The notes: generated from the letters alone by a model not told the origin. Shown: positions 20,758 to 31,675, counted from the first letter of the stretch. The stretch is 64,000 nucleotides of DNA from an uncultured bacterium (GCA_963727715.1 CAVSGX010000007.1:36688-100687); one strand, 5' to 3'. Program-made: numbers and translations.

Positions 20758-22512
20758 GTGAACATCGAATCTTTTCGCAAATTGTTTCAAAAAGAATGGC
20801 ATCTGCCATTTCACCACAAGATGACAAAAGTTGTCAGCTCTTTTTCCTTGACCGAAAAAATTATTTTTTATTTTTTTGTCGGCCTTTTTACGCTGTCCGC
20901 TTTGTTACTTCTTTGGCAAGTTAATAAATTTTTCCTAGTGCAAGTGCCGGATTATGGCGGAAGCTTCAGCGAGGGTGTGGTCGGCTCAGCCCGTTTTGTC
21001 AATCCGCTCCTTGCCGTTTCTGATCCGGATCGCGATTTGACTGAGCTGGTTTATTCTGGACTTTTACGAGCCACGGCGGATGGAGGGCTCACACCGGATT
21101 TGGCTGAAAGTTACAGCATTTCTCCGGACGGCTTAACTTACACATTTGTCATCAGAAAAAATGCCAAGTTCCAAGATGGCGCGCTCGTCACCGCCGATGA
21201 TGTTGTCTTTACCATCCAAAAAGCTCAAGACCCAACCCTGCAAAGCCCACGTAAAACAAACTGGGACGGCGTGACGGTCAAAAAGATTGGTGATCGAACG
21301 GTGCAATTTGTTTTAAAACAACCTTATTCCCCTTTCATTCAAAACGCCACTCTGGGAATTTTGCCGGAACATATTTGGAAATCGGCTTCCATTGATGAAT
21401 TTCCGTTCAGTGAGTGGAATATCAAAGCCGTCGGTTCCGGACCTTACAAAATAGATTCAGTTGTATACACTTCCGGTGGATTGCCATCAGAATATCACCT
21501 TTCCGCCTGGAGCGGTTTTGCTCTTGGTCGACCTTTCATTTCCAACATCATCATCAAGCTTTATCCTGATCAAAAAAGTTTGATTTCGGCTTACAATGAT
21601 GGTAGTATTGATAGTGTTCAAGGTTTGTCGGCTCAAGAACTGTCCGAATTAAAAATCTCCGATGGACAAAAGATTATTGCTCCTCTGCCGAGAGTTTTCG
21701 GAGTATTTTTTAACCAAAATCAAGCCCCCGTTCTGGTCAATCCGGAAGTCAGACAAGCTCTAGAGATGGCCACGGGCAAACAGATTATTGTTGATCAGGT
21801 GCTTGGCGGATATGGTCAAGTTGTAGATAGCCCCATCCCACCGAAAGAAATTTCAACAAAACCAAATGGCGGATTTGACCAGGTGGCAGCCGACGCCAAG
21901 GCTATTGCTCTTTTGACTTCTCACGGCTGGAAACAAAACACTGATGGAATTTTTCAAAAGAAAACCGGCAAAACAACCCAGACTTTAGCTTTCTCTATTT
22001 CCACATCAGACGCGCCTGATTTGAAAGCTGCGGCCAATCTTTTACAACAGCAATGGCAAAAAATCGGCGTAGCTGTGACAGTCAAGATATTTGAAATAAA
22101 CGATTTGAACCAAAATATCATCCGTCCTCGTAAATATGATGTATTGCTCTTCGGTGAAGTGGTCAGCGAAAATGCGGACTTGTATCCATTTTGGCATTCT
22201 TCAGAGCGACTCGACCCCGGACTCAATGTGGCAATGTATACTAACCTCAAAGTCGACAAAATATTGGAAAATTTGAGACAAACAATCAACCCGACCGATC
22301 AAGAAAATTTATATCAAAACTTCGAAACACAAATCGCTACCGACAGACCAGCCATTTTTCTTTACTCCCCTTATTTTATTTACATCACCCCGAAAAAAAT
22401 ACAAAACATAAAAACGGGAACACTCACCACTCCAGCCCAAAGATTTAGCGATGTCTACAGGTGGTATATTGAAACAAATGAAGTTTGGAAAATATTTACT
22501 AAAAACTATTAA
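20758..22512 (+). CDS. peptide ABC transporter substrate-binding protein (family 5)
   Basis: PDLAESYSISPDGLTYTF..TADDVVFT, GSGPYKI. Confidence 0.9.
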   Translation: MNIESFRKLFQKEWHLPFHHKMTKVVSSFSLTEKIIFYFFVGLFTLSALLLLWQVNKFFLVQVPDYGGSFSEGVVGSARFVNPLLAVSDPDRDLTELVYSGLLRATADGGLTPDLAESYSISPDGLTYTFVIRKNAKFQDGALVTADDVVFTIQKAQDPTLQSPRKTNWDGVTVKKIGDRTVQFVLKQPYSPFIQNATLGILPEHIWKSASIDEFPFSEWNIKAVGSGPYKIDSVVYTSGGLPSEYHLSAWSGFALGRPFISNIIIKLYPDQKSLISAYNDGSIDSVQGLSAQELSELKISDGQKIIAPLPRVFGVFFNQNQAPVLVNPEVRQALEMATGKQIIVDQVLGGYGQVVDSPIPPKEISTKPNGGFDQVAADAKAIALLTSHGWKQNTDGIFQKKTGKTTQTLAFSISTSDAPDLKAAANLLQQQWQKIGVAVTVKIFEINDLNQNIIRPRKYDVLLFGEVVSENADLYPFWHSSERLDPGLNVAMYTNLKVDKILENLRQTINPTDQENLYQNFETQIATDRPAIFLYSPYFIYITPKKIQNIKTGTLTTPAQRFSDVYRWYIETNEVWKIFTKNY

Positions 22513-22516
22513 AAAC

Positions 22517-22655
22517 AATTAATCTAATTTCTAATTATTCTAATTAATCTAAATAATAACTAAACCCCAATGACCAATAAGTTTCTATTATCATTTTGGG
22601 AATTTAGACATTGGGATTTATTTAGAGATTAAAATAATTAGGTCAATTAGAAATT
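22517..22655. repeat. AT-rich imperfect palindrome, family A copy 4
   Basis: aattaatctaatttctaattattctaatt...cccaatgacc...cattgggattt...aattaggtcaattagaaatt. Confidence 0.7.
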
Positions 22656-22660
22656 TTATT

Positions 22661-24460
22661 ATGAATCCATTACAAACCAGAACCCCTTCAACAACCAGAA
22701 GTCATCGTGTGGTTAGGCACCGTTACAGACCAGAAATGGCTGCCATCAGAGCGGCCAAAAAAGACGATATTATTCCGGAATCCGGTGATAATATCCGCAT
22801 AGTCACACTTGGCGGTGTGGAAGAAATCGGTAAAAATATGACGGTTGTGGAATACAAAAATGACATTATCGTCATTGACTCCGGTTTTCAATTCAAAGAT
22901 GACGAAACACCTGGAGTAGATTACATTTTGCCGAATATAAAATATCTGGAAGACAAAAAAAACAAGATCCGAGGAGTAATAATCACTCACGGACATTTGG
23001 ACCACATTGGGGCTATCCCCTACATTATGGATCGCATCGGCAATCCGCCGATTTACACTCGCACTCTGACCGCCATTATGATAAAAAAACGGCAAGAGGA
23101 GTTTAAACATCTTCCAAATCTGGACATTCGGGCAGTTGAAAAGGAAGACACCATTAGACTTGGTTCTATGAGAGTGAAATTTTTCAATGTCACTCATACC
23201 ATTCCTGACGCCATGGGAATTATCATTGAAACACCTTACGGTGTCATTGTTACTCCGGGAGATATAAAACTTGATCATGATGACGGTGTGCCGACCGCGG
23301 CCGAGGAAAAAGAATACGCTCGTTTTGCCAAAGAAAAAGTTTTGCTTCTTATGATGGATTCGACCAATGTCGACAACCCGGGTTTTTCCACACCGGAAAA
23401 ATTAGTGCATAAAAATCTGGAAGAGATTATCAAGAACACCAAAACCAGAATGATAATCGGCACTTTTGCCTCCCAGCTTGAGCGTATCATGAAAATAATT
23501 ATGATTGCCGAAAAATACGGCAAGAAAGTGGTCATTGAGGGACGCAGTATGAAAAATAATATTGACATCGCCATAGCCATCGGAATGCTGAAAATTAAAA
23601 AAGAAACTATTATTTCCGGCGAACAGATGGAAAATTATCCGCCCGATCGCATTGTCGTCCTGGCCACCGGCGCTCAAGGCGATGAATTCGCCGCCCTGAT
23701 GCGAATGTCCAACAAAACACACAAATATTTTCGTATCACTCCGCGCGACACTGTTGTTCTTTCCAGCTCCATCATCCCCGGCAACGAAAAAGCGGTTCAA
23801 AAATTGAAAGACAATCTGGCCAGACAAGGCGCCAAAATAATTCACTACCGCACATCGGATGTTTACATTCACTCCACCGGCCACGGCAATCGTGGCGAGC
23901 TGGAATGGTTGCACAAAAAAATTCGTCCGAAATTTTTCATACCGATACACGGTTCGCACTATATGTTGCGAGTCCATGAAGACTTGGCCAAATCTCTCGG
24001 CATGCCGACAGAAAATATTATCGTGCCGGACAACGGGGCCATTATGGAAATTCAAAACCATGGACAAAAATTTGTCAGATTGAAAGAGTCGGCTCCTAGC
24101 GGAATGATGATGGTGGACGGTTTTGCCATCGGCGATGTTTCGGAGTTGGTTATTCGCGACCGCAAAATGCTGGCCCAAGACGGAATGTTTGTCATCATCG
24201 CTTCGGTCAACACCAAGACAGGCAAACTGAAAAAATCGCCGGATATTATTTCGCGCGGTTTTGTTTATTTGCGCGAGTCGCAAGATCTTTTGGCTCAGGC
24301 CAGATTGATTATCAAAAAAACCGTGGAAGAAACGACCAGTGGAATGAACCCAATCAATTTTGATTTCGTCAAAAATTCCGTCTCTGAACAGCTTAGTCGA
24401 TTCCTTTTCCAAAAGACCGCCAAACGCCCGATCGTCATTCCTGTCATTTTGGGAGTTTAG
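22661..24460 (+). CDS. rnj: ribonuclease J
   Basis: LGGVEEIGKN, THGHLDHIG, HTIPD, HSTGH, PIHG. Confidence 0.96.
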   Translation: MNPLQTRTPSTTRSHRVVRHRYRPEMAAIRAAKKDDIIPESGDNIRIVTLGGVEEIGKNMTVVEYKNDIIVIDSGFQFKDDETPGVDYILPNIKYLEDKKNKIRGVIITHGHLDHIGAIPYIMDRIGNPPIYTRTLTAIMIKKRQEEFKHLPNLDIRAVEKEDTIRLGSMRVKFFNVTHTIPDAMGIIIETPYGVIVTPGDIKLDHDDGVPTAAEEKEYARFAKEKVLLLMMDSTNVDNPGFSTPEKLVHKNLEEIIKNTKTRMIIGTFASQLERIMKIIMIAEKYGKKVVIEGRSMKNNIDIAIAIGMLKIKKETIISGEQMENYPPDRIVVLATGAQGDEFAALMRMSNKTHKYFRITPRDTVVLSSSIIPGNEKAVQKLKDNLARQGAKIIHYRTSDVYIHSTGHGNRGELEWLHKKIRPKFFIPIHGSHYMLRVHEDLAKSLGMPTENIIVPDNGAIMEIQNHGQKFVRLKESAPSGMMMVDGFAIGDVSELVIRDRKMLAQDGMFVIIASVNTKTGKLKKSPDIISRGFVYLRESQDLLAQARLIIKKTVEETTSGMNPINFDFVKNSVSEQLSRFLFQKTAKRPIVIPVILGV

Positions 24461-24520
24461 TTTTACAAAAAATAACAAAATAACGGCTCTGTTGAGCTGT
24501 TATTTTTTGTTACCAAAAAC

Positions 24521-24549
24521 TTGACAAAAAATTACAAAGGTGATATACT
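24521..24549 (+). promoter_or_regulatory. sigma70-like promoter just before the IS30 insertion
   Basis: TTGACA-17 nt-TATACT. Confidence 0.6.
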
Positions 24550-24573
24550 TCTAGGCAGATTACCGACCTCCAA

Positions 24574-25530
24574 TTACCCCTCAAGTAGGACAGAACTAAT
24601 GTTTGAATAATAACTCATTGGCGCGCGGAAGCCAATCACTTCTCTCGGTCGGTTGTTTAGGAAGGAATGTATTTCTTGCAATTCTTCCTCAGTGACTGAC
24701 TCAATATCTCTTCGTTTAGGCACAAAACATCTGATCCATCTGTTGGTGTTTTCCACCAGACCTTTTTCCCAAGAATGGTATGGATGTGTAAAATAGATTG
24801 GCACTTGCAGGAGAGTTTCCAACTCTTTCCAACAGGTGAATGCAATATCGTTGTCTGTGGTGATGCTCTTCAATTCAACACCATGGAACAGACGGGAAAG
24901 CGCGGCACGAATAGTGTCGCGTTTTCTGTTGGGCAGTTTCCTGACCCATGTTCTTTTGGCTTGCCAATCCACAGCAACCAAAAGTACCCACGAACTGTCT
25001 TTGGAAACGATGAAATCGAGCTCAATGTGTCCTAGACCTTTTCTCTCCGGTCTGACATCAATATACTTCCTGCCATCCTGAATGTGCTTCCAATGATTTC
25101 GTTTTCTCCCACCCTTGTGATTGTTCCAACCCCAAAAAAGCAGGTGGTTTAGACCTCTCGACTCGGCAAATTTGTATATGGCTTTGGCCGAGCAGATGAT
25201 ACCCATTTCACATTCAAGATACCCGCTAATCTGCTTCGGCGACCAATGATACGGCTTGGTTAATCGTTCCACCACGAATCGACAGAGAAACGGGTCAAGC
25301 GCCACTTTCAGACACTGCTGTTTGGCTCGCCATCTTTTCATTGAAACTTTCTGCTTGGCTTTTTCCGCTTCATACACCCCATTAACACTGTGTTTTTGTA
25401 TTTCTCTGCTCACAGTGTTGACACTCCGACCGAGAAATTCGGCAATTTTGCGAATGGCCGAACCGGCGCAATACATCTTTTCAATACAAAACCTCTCTTC
25501 AAAAGACAAATGATGATATTTGTTTTTCAT
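24574..25530 (-). CDS. IS30 family transposase
   Basis: HLSFEER..IAEFLGRSVNTVSREI, WSPKQIS, ELDFIV, TTDND, WEKGLVENTNRWIR, LNNRPR. Confidence 0.93.
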   Translation of the reverse strand: MKNKYHHLSFEERFCIEKMYCAGSAIRKIAEFLGRSVNTVSREIQKHSVNGVYEAEKAKQKVSMKRWRAKQQCLKVALDPFLCRFVVERLTKPYHWSPKQISGYLECEMGIICSAKAIYKFAESRGLNHLLFWGWNNHKGGRKRNHWKHIQDGRKYIDVRPERKGLGHIELDFIVSKDSSWVLLVAVDWQAKRTWVRKLPNRKRDTIRAALSRLFHGVELKSITTDNDIAFTCWKELETLLQVPIYFTHPYHSWEKGLVENTNRWIRCFVPKRRDIESVTEEELQEIHSFLNNRPREVIGFRAPMSYYSNISSVLLEG

Positions 25531-25590
25531 ATGACAATTAAAATTAATTTTCGACTAATGCATTAATTCTAACTGTCCTACTTCAAAGGT
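24576..25590 (-). mobile_element. IS30 family insertion sequence
   Basis: imperfect terminal IRs acccctcaagtaggacag / ctgtcctacttcaaaggt flanking the transposase. Confidence 0.8.
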
Positions 25591-25665
25591 GGCTAGGGGC
25601 GATTTGCAGATTCCTCGGATAGGGACAGGCAAATTTGGTAGTACTTTGATTGATGGAGAAATGAG

Positions 25666-25986
25666 ATGTTGAATTTGGATGGTGTTCGTCCAGCCGCCAA
25701 GGCGGCTTTCGAGAAGTTTCTCACTGAGAAAGTGGTGTGGATTTCCACCAAATGCTGGGGGATAAACCTGAAATCAACCATCGATGAACTGAATGAAATC
25801 ATCGGTGCTGGCATGAAGCTGGGTGTCGCAGAAAACTGTCGGCGACTCACGGAACAGGAATTGGCCGAGGTTTTCGAGACCGTGCACCCGCTGAAGACTC
25901 TCAAGATGGAAGCGGAGATTCAGAGAGTCCTTCGATCGGTTCTCATCGAAGTTGGTGTGAACCCCGAGCTCTTCACCAGCAAGTAG
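25666..25986 (+). CDS. hypothetical protein (GC-richer orphan)
   Basis: GGAG RBS; followed by terminator aagcccgacc..ggtcgggctttt at about 26003-26032. Confidence 0.55.
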   Translation: MLNLDGVRPAAKAAFEKFLTEKVVWISTKCWGINLKSTIDELNEIIGAGMKLGVAENCRRLTEQELAEVFETVHPLKTLKMEAEIQRVLRSVLIEVGVNPELFTSK

Positions 25987-26051
25987 TTTCCGGCCTACCA
26001 TCAAGCCCGACCTCGAGAGGGGTCGGGCTTTTACGTGGAAAATATTGCTAA

Positions 26052-26228
26052 ACAAATTTCGTCGAGCCAATACTTTTCCGGCACATCGCGCAGGAGGTTA
26101 GAAAACAACGACGCGGGCCTGAGTATACAGGCCGAGGAAGATTGTTTTCTTGACCGACGAGCGGGAAGAAAATTTTCAGTAGAAAATTATTCTGGTGGCG
26201 GAAAAGTGTTGGCTCGTAAGAAATTTGT
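26052..26228. repeat. structured intergenic palindromic element, family B
   Basis: outer stem acaaatttc..cgagccaatacttttcc / ggaaaagtgttggctcg..gaaatttgt with inner hairpins. Confidence 0.55.
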
Positions 26229-26244
26229 GTTGTATAATATCCCC

Positions 26245-27423
26245 ATGAACGGACTTATCTTGCCTTTCAAACAAAACAAAACCTTGAGGATGATTTTTTT
26301 GTCAAATATTTTGCTTTCTTTTCATTACTATCTCATTGTCTACATCAACTCCACATTTCTCTCCCAATATTTTTCCGAAACTCAAATCAGCACCCTTTAT
26401 GTTATCGGTTCAATTTTGAATATTTTTCTTTTCCTTAACGCAGCCAAGATTTTAAACAAAATCTCCAATTATAAAACCATCCTTTATGCCATCGCTTTTG
26501 AAATGCTGGCTGCTTTGGGTCTCTGCCTGGCCAACAATTCATTTTTGGTTGGACTTTATTTTGTCATTCATACGGTTATCGTCAATTTTATCGCTTTCAA
26601 TCTGGATGTTTTTTTGGAAGGCACAACAACGGATGAATCTCAAACCGGCGAAATCCGTAGTATGTACCTGACCATCGGCAACATCACTTGTGTTATCGCC
26701 CCGTCAATCGTGGCCGTATTCTTGGTTAAAAATATCTATTGGCATATCTATTTTCTGTCATTCTTGTTTCTGATCCCATTGTTTTATTTTGCTCGAAAAT
26801 ATTTGAAAAACACAAACGAAAAGCAGATAGAGCATATTAAAATACGCGAAACAATTAAAAAATATTTGGCTGAAAAAAATCTTTATAATATTTTCAGTGT
26901 TCAATTCTTGTTGCAAATTTTTTACACGTATATGATTATTTACACTCCTCTTTATTTGGAGAAATACATAGGCTTTTCTTGGACAGAAATCGGCATTATG
27001 TTTTCCATTATGCTTTTGCCTTTTATCATATTTGAGATACCCGTAGGCGAACTGGCAGACAAGAAATATGGCGAGAAAGAATTTATGTCCATTGGACTTT
27101 TGATTATGGGCATGGCTACATTGTTTATCAGTTTTGTCACCATGAGAAATTTCTGGGTTTGGACGATTATTCTTTTCATCACTCGCATTGGAGCGTCTTT
27201 TGTGGAAGTAACATCGGACAGTTATTTTTTCAAAAAAGTGGATCAAAACAAAGCTGATGTTATCAGCTTCTATCGTTTAACCCGCCCTCTGGCCGGAGTG
27301 GTTGCCCCTCTTATTGCCGCTTTATGTTTGCAGTTTATTCCCTTTGAATACACTTTTATCGTTATCGGCGCGATTTTGATTGTCGGGACGCGGTATAGCT
27401 TAGCGCTGGAAGATACGAGATAA
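26245..27423 (+). CDS. MFS transporter
   Basis: about 12 TM helices; EIPVGELADKKYGEK. Confidence 0.85.
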   Translation: MNGLILPFKQNKTLRMIFLSNILLSFHYYLIVYINSTFLSQYFSETQISTLYVIGSILNIFLFLNAAKILNKISNYKTILYAIAFEMLAALGLCLANNSFLVGLYFVIHTVIVNFIAFNLDVFLEGTTTDESQTGEIRSMYLTIGNITCVIAPSIVAVFLVKNIYWHIYFLSFLFLIPLFYFARKYLKNTNEKQIEHIKIRETIKKYLAEKNLYNIFSVQFLLQIFYTYMIIYTPLYLEKYIGFSWTEIGIMFSIMLLPFIIFEIPVGELADKKYGEKEFMSIGLLIMGMATLFISFVTMRNFWVWTIILFITRIGASFVEVTSDSYFFKKVDQNKADVISFYRLTRPLAGVVAPLIAALCLQFIPFEYTFIVIGAILIVGTRYSLALEDTR

Positions 27424-27456
27424 GAAACAAAATTTCGTCAGACAAAATTTCGTCTT

Positions 27457-29358
27457 TTACAACAAACCTTTCAAAATATCATCCAGTTTTGCGGCAGCTA
27501 CATCTATGACCATATCACCGGCGCCGTAATACATATAGATTGTTCCGTTTTTAACCGTCGCTCCGCAAGGAAAAACGACATTGCTGATTTGACCTTTCAG
27601 TTCGTATGATTCCATTGGCGAAAAAATATAATCAGCTACACGAGACAGAACAATCGTCGGGTCTTTCAGACTAAGTAAAGCCGAGCCGATGCGATAAACA
27701 GAATCGTCGGATACTCCATGATAAAGAAGAACCCATCCTTTTTCTGTTTTGATCGGCGGAGCTGAAATACCGACTTTCAAACTGTCCCACATCCCCGGCC
27801 TTGGCAACAAAATCGGAACATTTTTAAAATTGTTTCTTTCTTTGAATTGTGGAGTAGCCCCAAAGTCACCACAAATATAATTGTTCACTCGGTGAAAAAG
27901 AAAATATTTGCCATAGACTTTTTCCGGGTGAAGACAACCATCTTTGTCATCTACTCCATCAGCTGTGACCAAAACCGATCGTGACCAATTCCATTTACGC
28001 TTTTTGAAATCCTCCTCGGAAATATGCGTCTCAGCCACGGCCGGAGGAGTAACTCCGTTGTAAGCGGTATAATACATATATATGGTATTGCCAATTTTGG
28101 TTAGGCGAGGATCTTCGCAACCGGAATTGCCACCCAGTATACCTTTTCTCTCAAACGATTCGCGAGGAGAATAGATCGGCTTATCGGAAATGTAACTAAT
28201 ATCTTCACCAGTCTGGCTTTCCGCATAACCTATGACAGAAGTATTATCACTGGACATGGCCCGATATAAAATACAAATTTTATTGTCAATCAGAATTGAG
28301 GCTGGATTGAAAATGGCTTTGGCTTCCCAATCAACCCCGGGACGAGATGTTAAAAGGGGGCCTTTGGTCAGTCGTTTGAATCCGATTTCCACTCGTGGCA
28401 ATTTCATACTAACGAGAAGAGCTGGCAGGTTGATTTCAGCCACGGCGCAAGTGGTATCGGTGGCGCCGTAATAAATCAACAATTTATTTTTTTTGACAAT
28501 AGCCCCACTTGGGAAAATGGTGTTCTGGGCTTGGCCGTATCTTTCATACAATTCCTGTGGAGTCATAAGTGGTCCGCGAGTTCGGCCGATTATTCTACTA
28601 GGATTTTTTAAATCAAGCAAAATGGCTCTGACGCCAAAAATTTTGTCCCCACTAAAATAATTTTTTATATGGGAATAAACAAAAAGCCAACCATTTTTGG
28701 TTTCTATCGGTACGCCACCGACTTCCACTTGCTCTGAGTCAGCTTTTGGAATATTTAAAACGTGTTTAGGTAATTCGCTATACCACTTTTGCCAAAAACT
28801 TTCGTTCCAAATATCTTCTAATTTACTAAACTCAGCTAAGGCGATGCAAGACGGCGGTTGGTCAGTGTTGACGGAAAGCAAAGCCACATATTTCCCGCCG
28901 ATTTTTTTAGGGAAAAGAACCATGGCTTTGGAATTGAATGGGGTGACCAAGTGTTTTTCAGAAATAGTTTTCAGATCTTTGCTGATAGCCAAACCAACTT
29001 TAATACCAGACCCGGAAAAAGGAAATGTGGATAATGCCGTGTAGAAAATAAAGTAGCGATCGTCTATTTTTGTCACGCGTGGATCTTCCAAACCAAAACG
29101 CTCCCAAACTTCCGTCGGTTCAATGAATTGTTTCCTTTTTTTGAAATTAATTCCGTCCAAGGAAACCGTCTGACCGATGGTGGAAAGCGAAAATTGATTG
29201 TTTTCAAATCTTTCCGGCATGGATTGGGCTCGGTAAAGCAGGTGGATTTTTTTACCAATCATCACGGGATTGCCGTTGAAAGTGGCAAAGCTTTCAAAAG
29301 CATTGCCAGACTCTGGCGTCAGTATTGGGTTTTGTTTTGATCTTTTGACAACAAACAT
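27457..29358 (-). CDS. tandem two-domain GH130-like glycosidase/phosphorylase
   Basis: two sets of FN(G/P), EDPR, IFPSG/VFPCG, YYGA.D motifs. Confidence 0.85.
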   Translation of the reverse strand: MFVVKRSKQNPILTPESGNAFESFATFNGNPVMIGKKIHLLYRAQSMPERFENNQFSLSTIGQTVSLDGINFKKRKQFIEPTEVWERFGLEDPRVTKIDDRYFIFYTALSTFPFSGSGIKVGLAISKDLKTISEKHLVTPFNSKAMVLFPKKIGGKYVALLSVNTDQPPSCIALAEFSKLEDIWNESFWQKWYSELPKHVLNIPKADSEQVEVGGVPIETKNGWLFVYSHIKNYFSGDKIFGVRAILLDLKNPSRIIGRTRGPLMTPQELYERYGQAQNTIFPSGAIVKKNKLLIYYGATDTTCAVAEINLPALLVSMKLPRVEIGFKRLTKGPLLTSRPGVDWEAKAIFNPASILIDNKICILYRAMSSDNTSVIGYAESQTGEDISYISDKPIYSPRESFERKGILGGNSGCEDPRLTKIGNTIYMYYTAYNGVTPPAVAETHISEEDFKKRKWNWSRSVLVTADGVDDKDGCLHPEKVYGKYFLFHRVNNYICGDFGATPQFKERNNFKNVPILLPRPGMWDSLKVGISAPPIKTEKGWVLLYHGVSDDSVYRIGSALLSLKDPTIVLSRVADYIFSPMESYELKGQISNVVFPCGATVKNGTIYMYYGAGDMVIDVAAAKLDDILKGLL

Positions 29359-29424
29359 AAAAACGTTGATTTTGAAAACTTCTTTTTCCACAAAATTTTA
29401 TGCCAACGAAGTTTTCAAAAATTG

Positions 29425-31329
29425 TTAAATAACCGGTACGAAAATCTTTGACAGCTCATAATTATCTGGCTTGCCAGAAACTAGATAATTCAAAAAATCT
29501 TTCAGAGGTGTTTCGGCCATACAAACCACTCTGTCGCCACCGCCATAATAGACAAACAGATTATCCCCTATCACCGTCGCGCCGGAAGCATAAACTATGC
29601 CGGGCTTGCCTTCGTTTTCATACCACATTTCCGGATACAAAATTGGGTGAGCCGAACGATACAAAATTTTTGTCGGATCTTTCAAATCCAAAATCATAGC
29701 GCCCAGTTTATATTTGCCGGTTTCTCTTTTGTCTATGGCATGGTAGAGCAAAAGCCAGCCGATGTCTGTTTTTATGGGCGGAGCGCCAGCGCCACGCAAA
29801 AGATTGTCCCAACTATTTTCACGGCCTGGTTGAGGGCCCTCCGCGCGCGGGCTGTCTATATATTTCTTGAAATTATCCAGATCATCAACATATTCAACCA
29901 TCACTTTGGGCACAATGCTGTGCAAAATAACAAACTTCCCATTAATTTTTTCTGGAAACAAGACCCAGTTTTTATTGACTTTACCCGGCGGAGAAATCAA
30001 AATTGGTTTTTTCCAATTCCACTTTCCCGCCCTGAAATCTTCCACACTGATGGAAGTCAAAGCGATGCGCACTGAACCCCAACCTTCAAAAGCCACGTAG
30101 AGCATATAAATTCGATCCCCTATTTTGACTACTTTCGGATCTTCGGAACCACCCCAGCCCCCGCCGGAAGTATAATACCCCGGATGATAATGCATCGGCT
30201 CCAAAGAAATTTTGCTGTGAGGTAAACCAAAACCAAAAGATGGTTCAAAAACCGGTTTGGTTAAAGTTCTGACAAAATGCAACCCATCTTTGCTACTGGC
30301 ATAACCGATGCGGGAAATGCCGTCGCCACCAATGGCTCTATAAAACATATGAACCATATTTTCGTCTTGGAAAACTCCGGGATTGAAAGTACCTTGGATT
30401 TCCCAATCCCGCCCCGGTCGTGGTTTGATGATTGGATTTTTTTCAAATTTTTTCAAAATTTTATATTGTTCGATTTCGACACTTTTGAACAATGACGGGA
30501 ATGTCCCCAAAATCAACTCGCCTTTGTCAGTTGTCCAATAAACGATAAACCTCTCTTTGAAATGAACAAAACCAACCGAATTTGCGCCACTGGATTTTTT
30601 CAGTTCGGCCACTCCTTGCCATAAAGGCGCCGGTGCTCGCCAAGTAATGTGTCGCGGATTGTTTTTATCAAACAAAACTCCCCCGACTTGAAACATTATT
30701 TCTAATTTCTTTTGAACTGAAACATCATACAAAAGCAATATCCCTTTTTCAGTAACAAGAGAGCCGATTATTGAAATTTTTTCCGAATCAAACATCCCCG
30801 GTCTAGATGTGAAGAGCAAAACCGATTCGTTTTTCCAATCGGCTGGCGTTTTGGATGATTGGTTTTTGACAAATAATCCGTCTCTATACAATTCAAATTG
30901 GTCGGATTGTTTGTCTTGGGCAACCACGGCCTGCTTGCAATCTCCAGCTGGCAGTTCAGAGATCACTTTCCATTCGTAAAAATCCTTGGAGTGAGCTAAA
31001 ACTATGATATTTCCGTTTGTTTTTTTTGATTTTGCCGAAACAGTTTTCTTGCCGACTCTGGTATAGGTCATAAGAAAACCATTATCAATGACCGAGATAG
31101 AAAAATTTTGACAATTTTTAATTTTTTCGTTTTTCTTTGGCGATATTTTCAGACTAACTTTTTTCTTGTCCGGTAAAAAATCAACTCCATTTTGGCTCCA
31201 TGAAAAATACAAAGACTGCGCGGTCAGAGTGTTGGTCCGATAAAGCATAGCCAAACGATCGGAAAGAGCCACCACGGCAAGCGGGATATCGGATTTTTTC
31301 TTTTTTTTGACAGATAACTTTTTGGGCAT
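29425..31329 (-). CDS. GH130-like glycosidase with degenerate N-terminal domain
   Basis: TFNPG, SEDPK, KNWVLFPEKING, LLLYHA, VYYGGGD. Confidence 0.85.
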   Translation of the reverse strand: MPKKLSVKKKKKSDIPLAVVALSDRLAMLYRTNTLTAQSLYFSWSQNGVDFLPDKKKVSLKISPKKNEKIKNCQNFSISVIDNGFLMTYTRVGKKTVSAKSKKTNGNIIVLAHSKDFYEWKVISELPAGDCKQAVVAQDKQSDQFELYRDGLFVKNQSSKTPADWKNESVLLFTSRPGMFDSEKISIIGSLVTEKGILLLYDVSVQKKLEIMFQVGGVLFDKNNPRHITWRAPAPLWQGVAELKKSSGANSVGFVHFKERFIVYWTTDKGELILGTFPSLFKSVEIEQYKILKKFEKNPIIKPRPGRDWEIQGTFNPGVFQDENMVHMFYRAIGGDGISRIGYASSKDGLHFVRTLTKPVFEPSFGFGLPHSKISLEPMHYHPGYYTSGGGWGGSEDPKVVKIGDRIYMLYVAFEGWGSVRIALTSISVEDFRAGKWNWKKPILISPPGKVNKNWVLFPEKINGKFVILHSIVPKVMVEYVDDLDNFKKYIDSPRAEGPQPGRENSWDNLLRGAGAPPIKTDIGWLLLYHAIDKRETGKYKLGAMILDLKDPTKILYRSAHPILYPEMWYENEGKPGIVYASGATVIGDNLFVYYGGGDRVVCMAETPLKDFLNYLVSGKPDNYELSKIFVPVI

Positions 31330-31333
31330 AATT

Positions 31334-31675
31334 TTAGACCCTATTATATTCATCTTCCAGCCGAACTTCGTCTTTTTCGTCAAAGTCGCCGGTTGATATT
31401 TCAAGAACAACCACATCATCTAGTGGCGCTGAAATGCGATGAGTTGTCTCCTTTTTTACAAGAATTTCATCTCCGACTTTATGATTATACGATTTTCCAT
31501 CCATAATAATTTCAGGATTACCGTTTATTATTTTCCAGAACTCATCGCGATGATGGTGTAATTGTAAACTCAAAGTCGCGCCTTTGTTTATATACAAAAG
31601 TTTGACAGTTGAAACTTCGCCACTCGTCAGCCATCTTTCCACTCCCCATGGCCTTTGATCGGTGAATAATTTCAT
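31334..31675 (-). CDS. cupin, mannose-6-phosphate isomerase type II C-terminal-like
   Basis: RPWG, LSLQLHHHRDEFW, VRLEDEYNR. Confidence 0.85.
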   Translation of the reverse strand: MKLFTDQRPWGVERWLTSGEVSTVKLLYINKGATLSLQLHHHRDEFWKIINGNPEIIMDGKSYNHKVGDEILVKKETTHRISAPLDDVVVLEISTGDFDEKDEVRLEDEYNRV

